Below are positions 44,833-54,164 of a stretch of DNA of 64,000 nucleotides, in pieces. The stretch lies in assembly GCA_019057475.1 (NCBI GenBank), contig DXJO01000046.1, positions 32,001-96,000 on the forward strand. The letters are read 5' to 3'. Numbering within the stretch: the stretch's first letter is position 1; each line of letters opens with the position of its first letter. The notes beneath the pieces were generated by a model. The model did no database searches. It saw only the letters and a list, made by a program, of their open reading frames with translations, and was not told the origin of the DNA. A program made the position numbers and the translations under genes. The stretch is from Candidatus Thorarchaeota archaeon. GTDB lineage: Archaea; Asgardarchaeota; Thorarchaeia; Thorarchaeales; Thorarchaeaceae.

Positions 44833-47742
44833 TCATAGATTCCTCAAGACCGATGCGGGGTCTGTTGAGCCAGCTCTGCGGGCTGGCAGGTATGTGCTCA
44901 TCAGCATCACCACACTCTCTAGCGATAGTACCACCATCATCATCATGAACGGGAATGACAAGACTTCAGGCAATACTGGGACAAATGGTGAGAGTCCCAG
45001 TGTAAGAATACTCATTGCGTATCCAAAAACAATTCCAAGAAAGACGCTGATCGTAATAGCCGCAACAACTGATCCTGCAAACTCGCCAAACACCATAGAA
45101 ACGACCTGTTTCTTGGTACCACCCAACGCCCTGAAGACAGCGTACTCTGGTTTCCGCTCCATCACCGCAGACCCGAGAAACAGCGCGATTGCTACGAGAC
45201 CCATTGCCGCACAGAGGATGAATGATATCATTGTCAAGCCCTGAATACCGGATAGGAATAACTGAATGGAGTTGGATTCGGCACTCACATCGAACGTTTC
45301 GAGAGTGAAGACGTGTGTATTCCTTTCCACCTCAATCGTATCAATTATGCCAGTCATATCTGCGTAGCAAACCGTGTCAGCAAAGAACAGACGTGAGGTG
45401 TCGATGAGAGTTCGCATTGACAGGAAGTCCAGGTTGACTAGGGCGAATCCACCTTGTGCTACTTGAAAGCCAAACTGGGATGCGAATGATGCACCGCTGA
45501 TATCATGAGTAGATGCCACTCCAAAGCCAGGAGCGCTACGCATCAAGCCAACTACTTCAAACGCGTTGTATGTAGTTCCGTTGATTGCGCCATAGTGAAT
45601 CTGTACGCTATCTCCCACTGTCTTGTTCCAGAGGGTTGCATAATACTCGCTAATCACGACACCATTCTGTACCGAAGCCAAGGTGGATAACACTGTCACA
45701 GAATCGTTGTTCACAAAGCTGCTTTCAGAGAATAGGCCAATGCGCTTGTAGGCTTGGGCGTCCACACCCTCCAAGAAGAACCGTTGAGTGCCAACCTGCG
45801 CCCAGGTTTCAATTGTTGGTGTGGCCTCCAATATTCCGGGATAGCTTAGGAGAGTTTGATTGAAGTGCAGTAGTTTTGGGTCGGACTCTATTCGCATGTC
45901 CGCTCCAATCGAGTAGCGTAGCTCGTTTTGAAGTGTCGCTTCAAAGCTTGACGATTGGATTAGCATCATGGTCGTTGTAGTCAGTGTGAGCGTCAGTATT
46001 ACCAGCAATGGAATGAACTGTCCCTTCCGTTTCCGGAGGCTCTGACTGAGATAGAGACTTTTTTCGCCAAGCAGAAAGCTAGTTCCGCCAGACACTCGTG
46101 CAGTGACCAATCGCATGGCACGGGAACCTAGATATGATGCTGCGAATAGAAGAAGAGCTGCTACTAATACTTCAGCAATAGCCATTGATCCTATTGGTGT
46201 TATTACTTCCGGCATGATGAGTAATGCGATTAGAACTACAGCAAGACCAATGACATAACGCCAGATACCTACATCTTCTGTATCTTCAGAGGCGTACCCA
46301 GTTGTGGGTTGACCTACTTCAGACACATCTATCCTCCTTGATACATGCATCAAATACGAGGCTGGCAGATACAAGGCGATGGCACCTGCGATAATAATGG
46401 CTAGGGGGGGAAATGCTATGTGTGAGATGAACTCAACGTAGCGATTAGGGTCAAAGGAGAAGAGCCCTGTCGAAGCGCCAATCAGAGGAGCCATGACATA
46501 CGAAAGGCTAACTCCCAGGATAAACCCTAAGGCACTCAAGAACATCGATTCCCACATGAAGGTTGAGAAGACCTGATTGAAGGAGGCCCCCTTTGACCTT
46601 AGTGCGCTAATTTCGCCTTTTCGTCGCGAGATTGATGTTTCTGATGTGAATACTGTCAGCATCAGACTCATAATCAGAACAGGAAAAGCGATGATTGTCA
46701 GAATCTGGCTCTGAAGATATGTAGTTATGAAGGCCTCGAGCTTCCAGATTTCTGAAAGCCCATCAACGATTAAACCGGGGTATTGCTCCTCAAGCTGGAT
46801 TTTGAATGCAGCAAGGTTGGTTCCGATGTTCTGTGCTCCGTACTGCAGCAGGCCCGATTCAGATGGCCTGAGAAGGACCACAGGTAGGAAAAAGCCTCTG
46901 CCAGTGACTTCGTCGACAACTTCAGTTTCTATCTCATCCTCCAGTATAATGACAGAGTCCGTGATTCCCAGAACTATGTCCCTTTCAATGCCTAAGGGGT
47001 CCCAGTTCTGACGTGTGATGGACGGAAATGAAGTGCCAATGATTGATCCCAAATCTTTGATTTCGTAAACACCGACAACCAAAAGGCTATCGACGGGATA
47101 CTGACCAAGTGAGGTTGGTGTGCCGGACTGGTCTCCGCGAGCACCATATCGAAGCAAATCCATGTCTATGGTAGTACCGACATCTATTGTGATGTTGTGT
47201 ACTTCGTGAGCATAGCCAACGAACTGTTCTGATACTAAGACCTGACCAGAAGAAAGCGAAAAATCGCCACGCCAAGTGAAGTCGCGGGACCAGTTAGTTA
47301 GAACTTCGTTCGTTGTAATAATGACCCGCATGTCTTTGATTCCATTGACATAGTTCATGCCAAGCATTGAATACTGAGACCATCCGTGGAAGAAGTCGCC
47401 TGTAAGAATCCCGATTGTTGAGGGTACTAGATGAGCGTACTCAACAAAGGCGCTCCCCAGTGCGGTTGATTGGGCCTCCAGAAGATTGGAAGATTCGAAA
47501 GACTCTCCAGCTTTGGGATTCAAGGACATCTGGTAGGATTCCGCTTGAAAGTACTGATTTACAACAAGCTCGGTACCCGTGCTGGTCCACACAAATACCG
47601 TGGTGGGAAGGGCTATGCCAATCGCCAGAACAAGAGCGATGCCCATATTGCGCACAGGGTAGTTCTTCAATGATGTCAACGCGTATGACAGGGACCACCA
47701 GGGATTTCCCTTCAGAGTCTCTGCTTTCTTCTTTGCCACCAT
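44833..47742 (-). CDS. FtsX/MacB-like ABC permease (two FtsX repeats)
   Basis: RKGEISALRSKGAS, ERKPEYAVFRALG, YLPARRA..DP..VLR. Confidence 0.9.
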   Translation of the reverse strand: MVAKKKAETLKGNPWWSLSYALTSLKNYPVRNMGIALVLAIGIALPTTVFVWTSTGTELVVNQYFQAESYQMSLNPKAGESFESSNLLEAQSTALGSAFVEYAHLVPSTIGILTGDFFHGWSQYSMLGMNYVNGIKDMRVIITTNEVLTNWSRDFTWRGDFSLSSGQVLVSEQFVGYAHEVHNITIDVGTTIDMDLLRYGARGDQSGTPTSLGQYPVDSLLVVGVYEIKDLGSIIGTSFPSITRQNWDPLGIERDIVLGITDSVIILEDEIETEVVDEVTGRGFFLPVVLLRPSESGLLQYGAQNIGTNLAAFKIQLEEQYPGLIVDGLSEIWKLEAFITTYLQSQILTIIAFPVLIMSLMLTVFTSETSISRRKGEISALRSKGASFNQVFSTFMWESMFLSALGFILGVSLSYVMAPLIGASTGLFSFDPNRYVEFISHIAFPPLAIIIAGAIALYLPASYLMHVSRRIDVSEVGQPTTGYASEDTEDVGIWRYVIGLAVVLIALLIMPEVITPIGSMAIAEVLVAALLLFAASYLGSRAMRLVTARVSGGTSFLLGEKSLYLSQSLRKRKGQFIPLLVILTLTLTTTTMMLIQSSSFEATLQNELRYSIGADMRIESDPKLLHFNQTLLSYPGILEATPTIETWAQVGTQRFFLEGVDAQAYKRIGLFSESSFVNNDSVTVLSTLASVQNGVVISEYYATLWNKTVGDSVQIHYGAINGTTYNAFEVVGLMRSAPGFGVASTHDISGASFASQFGFQVAQGGFALVNLDFLSMRTLIDTSRLFFADTVCYADMTGIIDTIEVERNTHVFTLETFDVSAESNSIQLFLSGIQGLTMISFILCAAMGLVAIALFLGSAVMERKPEYAVFRALGGTKKQVVSMVFGEFAGSVVAAITISVFLGIVFGYAMSILTLGLSPFVPVLPEVLSFPFMMMMVVLSLESVVMLMSTYLPARRAGSTDPASVLRNL

Positions 47743-47751
47743 CTCGCCTCC

Positions 47752-50652
47752 TTACAGATTCCTGAGCACAATCGCGGGATCCGTCTTGGCGGCTTCCCGA
47801 GCAGGCAGATAAGCCCCCATGATCATCACCGTGACCTCAATCAACAAAACGGCAGTTAGAAAACCAATTGGAAATGTGATAGCTGCCGGAAGCACTCTAG
47901 AAAATGGACTCATTGTGAAGACTATGGTGCTCATCACAAATCCGAAGACCGTTCCAAGAACCAAGCTAAGGACAAGTGATGCAAGGACAATGCCTGCAAA
48001 CTCTGATAGAACCATATTTACAACGTGCTTCTTCGATGCTCCGACTGCACGCAAGATTGCATAGTCACGCTTTCGCTCCCGAACAACAGAGCCCAGGAAA
48101 AGAGTGAGTGCAAACATACTAAGTAGCATGGACATGGCAAACCCGATTGAGAATAGACCTTCAACTGTACTAAGAAACAGCGCGGTTCCGAAGGAATATC
48201 CCTTCAAGTCGAACTTCTCAGGAATAACAGCAGACAAACCGGGCACATCGTTCAGTGCACGGAGTATTAGGTCTTGGTCAGTGACACACACAAGGTCAGC
48301 CAAGAAAAGGGAAGCAGTGGAGATATCCGTCACAGTAGATACAAAGCCAAGATTCGCAATTGCAAAGCCTGAAAGACCTGCCTGATACCCAAACCCTGCG
48401 CCCAATCTGGAATAGGGAATGTCAGATTCAGACGCGTAGCCAAAACCAGGAGCACTATGCATGAAACCGATTATGATGAAAGATACGTCAACAGGAGCCA
48501 GCCGCCCGCCCACCTGAAGGTTTAGGATGTCGCCCACGGATTTGTTCAATCGGTCGGCATGATGTACGCTGATTAGGAGTCCGTTACTTACGGATGCTAG
48601 TTCGGATAGAATCAAACTGGAGTCCGCACCGAAAAAGCTCGATTCGTCAAAGCGCCCAATCAATGAGTATTCAACGGCGTCCAGTGCCTTGAGAGTCAGA
48701 TCCTCTGTGCCCACCGAAGCCCAAGTGTGTAGCACCGGAACTGCTCTGCTAACACCCGGATACGTTTCTAGAGTATCATTGAAGCTGAAGGGCCGAGGAG
48801 TACCTCCAACTCTGAGGTCGGCTCCCACCGCATATGAAATCTCCTTCTCAAGATCTTCATGGAAACTCTCTGCTTGGACAGTGAAGGCAATTGTAGATGA
48901 TAGTGTGAGAGCAAGAACGACCATCAGGGGAACAATTCTACCCTTGCGCATCTTCAAATTGCCTGCAGAGATTAAATTCTTCTCACCCACAAGGAATGAT
49001 GCTTTCTCGAAAATTCTTGCAAAGCTTCGCCTTGAAAAGCGAGATCCATTGTAGGCCAAGAAGAACCATGCTGCTGTTCCAAGACCTAATTCTAGCAGAA
49101 GGAGGAATGGATTATTGGGCAGGAAAAGCACAGCTCCGAGGACTATGGATAGAAGCACAACGGAGGTTCCCACAGTGAATCCAATTGCTTCCGGTTCAGT
49201 TGACAACGGCTCTGACACATCAATTAGGTGTGAACCAATCTCAGTGCCGGCAGCCTTCTTTGCTGAGCCAAGTATGAAGAGAAGAGGAGGTAAAATAGTA
49301 ATTAGAACAGAGATCACAAATGTTTCGGGCTTTAGCACCGTGGCTTGAAGATAGAATGCGTAGAGTTCCCAGTCAAACACCATGAATGAAACGGTTGAGG
49401 GTATGAGAGCTGCGAATAGCACGCTCAAGACCATACCGATGATGATGCTGAGGGTCGCCATAACAATTGACTCGGATAGGAAGATGCTGTAAATTTGGCT
49501 AGAGCTGGCACCTTTCGATCGTAACGCGCTGACCTCAGTCTTGCGGGCTGCCATGAAGGTGTCAGCTGCAAAAACTGACAGGAAGAGTGCGAGAATGAAT
49601 ATTGGCAGATTTAACAATGCCAGAGGCATTGTTTCCACGTAGGTGTCCACAATACCTTGGAGTTCGAGTATCTCGCCGAGTCCGTCAATGATAACGTCGT
49701 ATTGTTCGTCCACTCTTGCTTTCAATGTGAGAAGGTTATCGGCCATGCGGTCCGTACCAGCCGCAATAAGGTTGTCACCCGATGCACGTATGAAGGCACG
49801 CGGACCAAAGAAACCATCTTCGGAAACATACTCTACTGGCAAAAACTTTGAGAATACCATTATACTATCGCGGATACCGAGTACCGGGGTGTGATAGTGG
49901 TGAAAGTCGTAATTACTTCGCATAAGCGACGGAAAGCCTGTTTCAATCAGTGAACCGTAGCCCTCAATCTCATAGATGCCAACAATGACGAGAGAGTTTA
50001 GACTGTATCGCCCCATACTTCCGATAGGTGCAGGAGTGTATGATGATTTAATTGTCAGTAGCTCGATGTCAAGGGTTGAGTTGATTGTTAGGGTGACTCC
50101 AAACAATTGGTGTACGTAATCGACAAATTGCCTTGAAACCAGGGTTTCGCCTTCTTGAAGCTCAAATGCGCCTTCTGTGTTGAAACTCGGAACTGCCGCA
50201 CTCAGGAGCTCGTTGTCAACGAATATCACTTCGCAATCTTTCATTCCCTCTGTATAGATGGGTTCGTCCAAGCCATACAGCGTATTATCGGGCAGTTCCG
50301 TGCCCCACACTATCCCTACTGTTGAATTGACCCGATGTACTGATTCGATGAGGGGATCAGATTCAATGTATGCGTGAGCCAAGTTGACCTCATCTGTTCC
50401 GCCTGCAGGATTATGAACCATTAACTGGAATGAGTTGTTTTCAAAGTACCCATTCACACTGACTTGCACGCCGGTATCCGACCACACCAAGACTGATGCA
50501 ACAAGTGATACACCCAGACTAAGAGTCAACGCGAGGCTCAATGCTCTGAACGGGTACGCCCTCATGGAACTAAGAGCATAAGAAAAGGCATACGCACGAT
50601 TGCCTTTCCGAGGCGGAGTTTTGATTTTCGTGCGGTGAACCAAAGCAATCAC
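47752..50652 (-). CDS. FtsX/MacB-like ABC permease (paralog)
   Basis: RKTEVSALRSKGAS, ERKRDYAILRAVGA, YLPAREAAKTDP. Confidence 0.9.
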   Translation of the reverse strand: MIALVHRTKIKTPPRKGNRAYAFSYALSSMRAYPFRALSLALTLSLGVSLVASVLVWSDTGVQVSVNGYFENNSFQLMVHNPAGGTDEVNLAHAYIESDPLIESVHRVNSTVGIVWGTELPDNTLYGLDEPIYTEGMKDCEVIFVDNELLSAAVPSFNTEGAFELQEGETLVSRQFVDYVHQLFGVTLTINSTLDIELLTIKSSYTPAPIGSMGRYSLNSLVIVGIYEIEGYGSLIETGFPSLMRSNYDFHHYHTPVLGIRDSIMVFSKFLPVEYVSEDGFFGPRAFIRASGDNLIAAGTDRMADNLLTLKARVDEQYDVIIDGLGEILELQGIVDTYVETMPLALLNLPIFILALFLSVFAADTFMAARKTEVSALRSKGASSSQIYSIFLSESIVMATLSIIIGMVLSVLFAALIPSTVSFMVFDWELYAFYLQATVLKPETFVISVLITILPPLLFILGSAKKAAGTEIGSHLIDVSEPLSTEPEAIGFTVGTSVVLLSIVLGAVLFLPNNPFLLLLELGLGTAAWFFLAYNGSRFSRRSFARIFEKASFLVGEKNLISAGNLKMRKGRIVPLMVVLALTLSSTIAFTVQAESFHEDLEKEISYAVGADLRVGGTPRPFSFNDTLETYPGVSRAVPVLHTWASVGTEDLTLKALDAVEYSLIGRFDESSFFGADSSLILSELASVSNGLLISVHHADRLNKSVGDILNLQVGGRLAPVDVSFIIIGFMHSAPGFGYASESDIPYSRLGAGFGYQAGLSGFAIANLGFVSTVTDISTASLFLADLVCVTDQDLILRALNDVPGLSAVIPEKFDLKGYSFGTALFLSTVEGLFSIGFAMSMLLSMFALTLFLGSVVRERKRDYAILRAVGASKKHVVNMVLSEFAGIVLASLVLSLVLGTVFGFVMSTIVFTMSPFSRVLPAAITFPIGFLTAVLLIEVTVMIMGAYLPAREAAKTDPAIVLRNL

Positions 50653-50654
50653 CT

Positions 50655-51428
50655 CTAAGTGGTCGAACCGCTGCCTTCAGACTGAGCATCAGAAGAAGTT
50701 GTGACGTCAACACCACTTGGCTTGAAGAACTGTGATATGAGCTCTTCGACCAACACACCGTCACGCAGAAGAAGAATCTTATCAGCCATTCTCGCAACCT
50801 CAGGGTCGTGTGTGACTACTAATACGGCTCGATTCTCCTTTTTGGCTAGATCCTTCATGAGTTTAATTATTTCTCCGCCCGTCTTGTGGTCCAAGTCTCC
50901 CGTAGGTTCATCGCAGAGCAGAACTGCCGGATTATTCGCGAGCGCTCTTGCCAAGGCCACTCTGGATCGCATCCCACCTGACAGCTCATGAGGCATATGA
51001 TGAGCCCTGTGATCTACGCCAACTGCCTTGAGTAGTTTCATGGATCGTTCATTCCGATTCGCTGGCCTGACTTCATCAAGAAGCATGGGTACCTGAACGT
51101 TCTCGATGGCAGTGAATATTGGAAGAAGATGTTGATCTTGAAAGAGCACACCAATCTTATGTCGTCGCATCTGCGACATATTCTCGTCATTGAGCGATGT
51201 GATATCGATGCCGTCAACGATTATGCTTCCGCCAGTTGGTTTGTCAAGACCGCCTATCAGGTTCAACAGCGTTGTCTTGCCCGAACCAGAGGCGCCTACG
51301 ATAGCGATGAAGTCCCCCTTCTTGACTGTAAGGTCCGTCCCACGGAGAACCTTGATGATACGTGAGCCATCTTGGAACTCGCGATGTACACCGATGCAAT
51401 GAACTGCGATATTGCTGCCGTCTTCCAA
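50655..51428 (-). CDS. LolD/MacB-type ABC ATPase
   Basis: GASGSGKT, LSGGM, CDEPTGDLD, VTHD. Confidence 0.93.
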   Translation of the reverse strand: MEDGSNIAVHCIGVHREFQDGSRIIKVLRGTDLTVKKGDFIAIVGASGSGKTTLLNLIGGLDKPTGGSIIVDGIDITSLNDENMSQMRRHKIGVLFQDQHLLPIFTAIENVQVPMLLDEVRPANRNERSMKLLKAVGVDHRAHHMPHELSGGMRSRVALARALANNPAVLLCDEPTGDLDHKTGGEIIKLMKDLAKKENRAVLVVTHDPEVARMADKILLLRDGVLVEELISQFFKPSGVDVTTSSDAQSEGSGSTT

Positions 51429-51585
51429 GTATGCTCTCTCCAGTGTCAGATTTCGATTCTTCCGGATTTTTAAGGTTGCTACTGGAGCAACGAAGTATTA
51501 TCCCCCCAGACAAAACCCTACTTAGAGCTACGGGTCAAGGCGAAAAGACAAAAGTAGCAGTTCAACTGGATGTACGGTATCACCC

Positions 51586-52077
51586 ATGAGGGTATTTGCA
51601 ATCTCAGGCCTGTCGGGCACAGGAAAAACAACATTGCTCGAGCGGTTGGTTCACGAACTCGTGAGAAAAGGGTACTCTGTCGCTACACTGAAGAGTACGC
51701 AGGAGGATGTGTCTGAGCCGGAAGGAACAGATACGTGGAGGCATCAGAGGGCAGGTGCAAAGGCAACGGTCCTACTGGGACCTCAGAGCACCACAATCCG
51801 ACATGGTCGCCGAATGACGCTCAGAGGAATTTTCGCGGACTCGGATTTTGACTTTCTCCTAGTAGAAGGTATGAAACGGAGTAAGATACCAAAGTGCTGG
51901 TGCGTGGGGAGGAACAAGTTGGAGCTAGAGCAGTTGCCACCCGAAACGATAGCCGCAGTCGCGTGGGATCAGCCAAAAGGTACCGCTGAGATCCCGGTCA
52001 TCCAAGAGGGGGAACTCAGCACATTGGTCGATATCATCGAAAAACATGCTGTTGAACTTAGTCAGCTTGAAGACTAG
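51586..52077 (+). CDS. mobB: Molybdopterin-guanine dinucleotide biosynthesis protein MobB
   Basis: GLSGTGKTTL, GTDTWRH..AGA, LLVEGMK. Confidence 0.88.
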   Translation: MRVFAISGLSGTGKTTLLERLVHELVRKGYSVATLKSTQEDVSEPEGTDTWRHQRAGAKATVLLGPQSTTIRHGRRMTLRGIFADSDFDFLLVEGMKRSKIPKCWCVGRNKLELEQLPPETIAAVAWDQPKGTAEIPVIQEGELSTLVDIIEKHAVELSQLED

Positions 52078-52166
52078 GCGTTACGCTCAGGTTCTACTCC
52101 GAAGGGTATGCGATTGCATGGCTCATTTCGGAAACTATAACTATACTGCTCCTACAAGTCGCGTTC

Positions 52167-54164
52167 ATGAAACGGGGCAGGCTTTTCACCGTTTTCGCGT
52201 TGGCTCTCTTCATGCTCCTTTGGACTGCGGGACCAACAAAGGGACCTTCAGCAGTGATGCCACAAGATATCAGTTTGGGCAATCATGCAGTCCCCGCTGC
52301 CTCGTTCTATGTCAAGCCTATCTGGGATAACATATACAGCGCAGTCATTAGCAGCAACCTACGGACGATAGTGCAAGACATCTCTGAGGGCACACCGCGG
52401 CGCATCTGGTATCCTCTGCATAAGGAACCTTCAGAGCCCCTTGCCGATGCGTGGGAATACGCAAACAACACTCTGAAGTCCTACACTTCGGGAAATATGC
52501 ACTTCAGTCTCATGACACAACAGAAGAACCTTGTTGCGATAAAGCGGGGCACCGACTCGAACCTAGCCCCGATTGTTATTGCTGGCACAGTGGCTTCCGG
52601 TTTTTCTCCAGGAGCCAACGCATTCGCAGCTTCGACAGCAGTTGTGCTTGAGATCGCCAGAATACTCTACTCGCGTTCTCTCACAAACGATGTTTACTTC
52701 GTGTTGGTCAATACAATCACGAGTGGCTATGGGGCAAATGAGGGCAATCAGGGCATATCGGAGCTGCTTGACGAGCTTCTAGTCGAATATCGGAAACCTG
52801 CGGTATTGTTCTGGTTCTCGCTTCTGTTGTATGAGTCTGGAGATGAAAACGGCGATATGTTGGCTATGCGGAGTAGCTACAGCAGCTCAGTCTACAGACA
52901 ACACGAGTTTCTCGCAGATCTAGCAGAGATTGCGTCGGCTCTCTCTGGCGGTGACCGCGTAATACCACAAGGACCCTCTGGAAACCTCTGGATCAGGTCA
53001 GGTGCCTATGAAGCGAACGAGAGGGGCATCCCAGCGTTTGTGCTAAGCCAATACTATCTCGATGGTTTAGCGGGCGGGGAGTTTGACGAATGGGATGCTG
53101 GACCATACTCCTACGACCTGCTGGAGGAAGCGGTTGGTCTGGTTGCCTCACTTACAACTTACTTGGGAACTCTCGGCAAAAACCAAATACCGAGATTAGA
53201 AGAGCTTATCGTAGTTCCAGCCTTCGACTCCGAAACCATATGGATGCCACTCACTGGCGAGTCGCCTTTGCAGGTGGACATTGAGTGGGCAGGCAGTAGC
53301 TCTCTCACTGTTGAGCTCGTAGCACCTGGAGGCGTCACCATCATCTCAACTACGCAGAGCGACAGCAACATCACTATGAGCCCCCTTCTAACGGAGGCAG
53401 GGCTGTACGAGTTGGTCATCACAAATACAGAGATGGTGTCTTCATTTGTGTCATATTCTTACGAGCACTGGCAGGATTATGACCAAGATACACTCAATGA
53501 TGACGAGGAGTACCAACTTGGGACTGACTGCCTTAATGCAGACACTGACATGGACCTGTTGGACGATGACCAAGAAGTACTCATCCACTTCACCGACCCG
53601 CTAAATCCAGATACAGACGCAGATGGTGTCATGGACGGCGTGGAAGTAATCTACGGCAGCCACCCGCGCCTAAGAGACACGGATTATGACGGAATTATTG
53701 ATGGCATAGAAATAGACATGGGACTCGATCCAACGAGCAAGGATACTGACATGGACGGTGTGGATGATGGAGACGAGCTGGATCTTGGACTCGATCCCCT
53801 GTCAAACGATACGGACAAGGACGGCCTTCTCGATGGCTTAGAGCTGATCCATGAAACCGACCCGTTCTCACCAGACACGGATTCAGACGGGCTCAGCGAC
53901 CTCTTTGAAGTAGTGAATGGACTCAATCCTCTTTCCAACGATACTGATATGGACGGTCTTAGCGATTCATACGAAATAGCGCACTGCCTGATGCCTTACA
54001 ATGCTGACACTGACGGAGATGGAATCCCCGACGGAACTGACTGGGCGCCCAGGGAGCACTGGATCAACGCAGTCATCCCTGCGGGCTTAGGCGCCATCTT
54101 TCTCATAGTTCTAATTTGGATGCTCAACAAGAAGCGAATCTACGGGAGGATTGCATCCCCATGA
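52167..54164 (+). CDS. Surface protein: degenerate M28-like domain, beta-sandwich, Ca-binding repeats, C-terminal TM
   Basis: Signal peptide; NLVAIKRG...PGAN..ASTAVVLEIARIL; nine DxDxDG-type repeats; TM plus KKR. Confidence 0.75.
   Translation: MKRGRLFTVFALALFMLLWTAGPTKGPSAVMPQDISLGNHAVPAASFYVKPIWDNIYSAVISSNLRTIVQDISEGTPRRIWYPLHKEPSEPLADAWEYANNTLKSYTSGNMHFSLMTQQKNLVAIKRGTDSNLAPIVIAGTVASGFSPGANAFAASTAVVLEIARILYSRSLTNDVYFVLVNTITSGYGANEGNQGISELLDELLVEYRKPAVLFWFSLLLYESGDENGDMLAMRSSYSSSVYRQHEFLADLAEIASALSGGDRVIPQGPSGNLWIRSGAYEANERGIPAFVLSQYYLDGLAGGEFDEWDAGPYSYDLLEEAVGLVASLTTYLGTLGKNQIPRLEELIVVPAFDSETIWMPLTGESPLQVDIEWAGSSSLTVELVAPGGVTIISTTQSDSNITMSPLLTEAGLYELVITNTEMVSSFVSYSYEHWQDYDQDTLNDDEEYQLGTDCLNADTDMDLLDDDQEVLIHFTDPLNPDTDADGVMDGVEVIYGSHPRLRDTDYDGIIDGIEIDMGLDPTSKDTDMDGVDDGDELDLGLDPLSNDTDKDGLLDGLELIHETDPFSPDTDSDGLSDLFEVVNGLNPLSNDTDMDGLSDSYEIAHCLMPYNADTDGDGIPDGTDWAPREHWINAVIPAGLGAIFLIVLIWMLNKKRIYGRIASP
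53475..54041 (+). repeat. Nine ~22-aa DxDxDG(L)xDxxE Ca-binding (bacterial TSP3-like) repeats
   Basis: Counted in the translation, DYDQDT through DTDGDGIPDGTD. Confidence 0.85.
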
